Source of the DNA: Candidatus Zixiibacteriota bacterium
GTDB lineage: Bacteria > RBG-13-66-14 > B26-G2 > WVWN01
Assembly: GCA_050117845.1 (NCBI GenBank)
Contig: JASFLY010000041.1
Coordinates: 1 to 16,400, forward strand
Direction of reading: 5' to 3'
DNA: 16,400 nt
Below the pieces are notes generated by a model. It did not search any database, was not told the origin of the DNA, and worked only from the letters and a program-made list of their open reading frames with translations. Both the position numbers and the translations under genes were made by a program. Position 1 is the stretch's first letter. The number at the start of each line of letters is the position of its first letter. Positions 14,991 through 16,400 of the stretch are shown here, one piece after another.

Positions 14991-16400
14991 ATGAGAAAGG
15001 CAACCTTTATCTCGGCGGCGATCATGGTGGCAGCGGTAAGCGTATCCGCCGACACGGCCTATTGGACACGCGCCTACGCCGAGCCGGCTCGGTTGACGGC
15101 CGAATTGGCGGCTTACGATTTCGACGTAGCCTCGGCGCAGCCGGGGGAATACGTCGACCTTATCGCCTCGGCCCATGACCTGGCCGCGTTGGGCCGCGAG
15201 GGGATCGTCTACGAAATCATCGACATAATAGACACCACGGACGCGCCGCCGTCGGAATATACGGAATACGCCGAGATGGTGCCCATTTTGCAGAATCTCG
15301 AGAACACCTATCCCAACATATGCAAACTCTACGACGTGGGCGACACGTGGGAGGGCCGGGAAATCTGGGCGCTTAAAATTTCCGACAACGTCGCGACCCA
15401 CGACGCCGGCGAGAACGACATCCTGATAAACGGCAATCACCACGCCCGGGAGATAATGACGGTCGAGGTGCCGCTTTACCTAGCGACTCAGCTCTGCGAG
15501 AAATACGCGACCGACCCCGAGGTCAAGCTCATCGTCGATAACGTCGAGACCTGGATAATCCCGATGGTCAATCCCGACGGCCACAACTACGTATTCACGG
15601 TTTATAATATGTGGCGCAAGAACCGCCGGGACAGCGGCGGCGGCGTGTACGGCGTCGACCTCAATCGCAATTATAGCTACGAATGGGGTCGGGTCCCCGG
15701 TTGCAGCCACGACGCCGGCGCCAGTAACTATTGCGGGCCGTCCGCGTTCTCGGAGCCCGAGATGCAGGCGATAAGGGACCTCGTGGACGATAATGCCCAC
15801 CAGTTCAAATACGTCCTTAATTACCACTCCTACGGCCGACACTGCATATACCCCTGGAACTACGACAGCACCCACCCCCCGGAGCCCGACTATACCTACT
15901 TTAAAGACGTATCATTATATCTCACGCAAACGCTGTCGGGCTGGGACCACGGCAACTTCCTGGAAACGCTCGGGTATCTGGGCAGCGGTACGGCGTGCGA
16001 CTGGGGATACGGCGACACCGGCCACAATCGATTATGGGGTTTCACTTTCGAGATAGACACGGCGTTCCAACCTCCGGCCTCGCAGATCCCCGTAACTTGC
16101 GCCGAGCAATATACCGTCCTCCTCAAACTCCTGAAACTCGGCGTGTGCGAACTCCCCGTGAAGGTCTCCTCGTTCGAGGCCCGGACTGTCCGGGACGGCG
16201 TGGCGCTCGGCTGGGTCGTCTCCGACCAGCGCGACGTGGCCGGCTTCAACCTCTACCACCGGCCCGTGACCGAGGCTCCGGCCGCGGTCGATTACGTCCG
16301 GCTAAATAACGAGCTCATCACCGGCCGCTCCCCCTACGAGTTCGTCGACGGGAACGCGACGGCGGGGGCCGAGTACGAGTACCTGCTCGAGGGCGTGGAC
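14991..16400 (+). CDS. Second M14 zinc carboxypeptidase paralog (3' end beyond the window; absent from the ORF track)
   Basis: Manual translation from ATG 14991 (MRKATFISAAIMVAAVSVSA-DTAY) is open for 470 codons to the window end. NHHARE, WRKNRR, GVDLNRNY, NYHSY and FTFE are all intact. Confidence 0.9.
   Translation, partial: MRKATFISAAIMVAAVSVSADTAYWTRAYAEPARLTAELAAYDFDVASAQPGEYVDLIASAHDLAALGREGIVYEIIDIIDTTDAPPSEYTEYAEMVPILQNLENTYPNICKLYDVGDTWEGREIWALKISDNVATHDAGENDILINGNHHAREIMTVEVPLYLATQLCEKYATDPEVKLIVDNVETWIIPMVNPDGHNYVFTVYNMWRKNRRDSGGGVYGVDLNRNYSYEWGRVPGCSHDAGASNYCGPSAFSEPEMQAIRDLVDDNAHQFKYVLNYHSYGRHCIYPWNYDSTHPPEPDYTYFKDVSLYLTQTLSGWDHGNFLETLGYLGSGTACDWGYGDTGHNRLWGFTFEIDTAFQPPASQIPVTCAEQYTVLLKLLKLGVCELPVKVSSFEARTVRDGVALGWVVSDQRDVAGFNLYHRPVTEAPAAVDYVRLNNELITGRSPYEFVDGNATAGAEYEYLLEGVD
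16047..16400 (+). repeat. Direct repeat, copy 2 (probably continues past the window)
   Basis: Matches 14210-14563 up to the last base of the window. Confidence 0.9.

Noticed and set aside
14983..14991. Mini-ORF ATG-GCG-TAA overlapping the second peptidase start
   Set aside because: The GGGGGA SD spacing suits ATG 14991 rather than 14983, so this is probably chance.
37..16309. Numerous antisense and off-frame ORFs (e.g. 37..552, 2282..3019, 9048..9713, 11255..11983, 13454..14038, 14793..15443)
   Set aside because: They are shadows of well-supported genes in high-GC DNA, with no motifs or independent expression signals.
13154..16400. Diversity-generating retroelement (TR/VR) as the explanation of the repeat
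   Set aside because: Both copies are intact full genes, the differences are not confined to adenines, and no reverse transcriptase is present in the window.

Overview
This GC-rich window looks like chromosomal DNA from a diderm bacterium. It encodes outer-membrane beta-barrel-like proteins, a lipoprotein and secreted proteins with C-terminal sorting-like domains; an FCB-neighbour or candidate-phylum origin is an inference only. From left to right it contains: (1) a cluster of GTRG-footed REP-like hairpins; (2) a minus-strand three-gene envelope operon (4-TM protein, small beta-barrel, secreted 5-repeat beta-propeller with a short 'ASVGRVKALFF' tail); (3) a divergent glycan operon (GT2, GT4, two class I SAM methyltransferases, LPG-synthase-TM/flippase-like protein); (4) a convergent minus-strand operon (BMP-family lipoprotein, QueG/RdhA-like 2x[4Fe-4S] protein, WcaJ-type phosphoglycosyl transferase) preceded by a near-consensus promoter, a leaderless Pro-rich uORF and a U9 terminator; (5) a putative outer-membrane barrel; (6) a stand-alone nadB; (7) an AT-rich intergenic region with DnaA-box-like motifs and a structured leader; (8) two tandem secreted M14 zinc carboxypeptidase paralogs, the second running off the window, with near-identical scaffolds but diverged specificity pockets. 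No rRNA, tRNA, CRISPR or transposase was seen.
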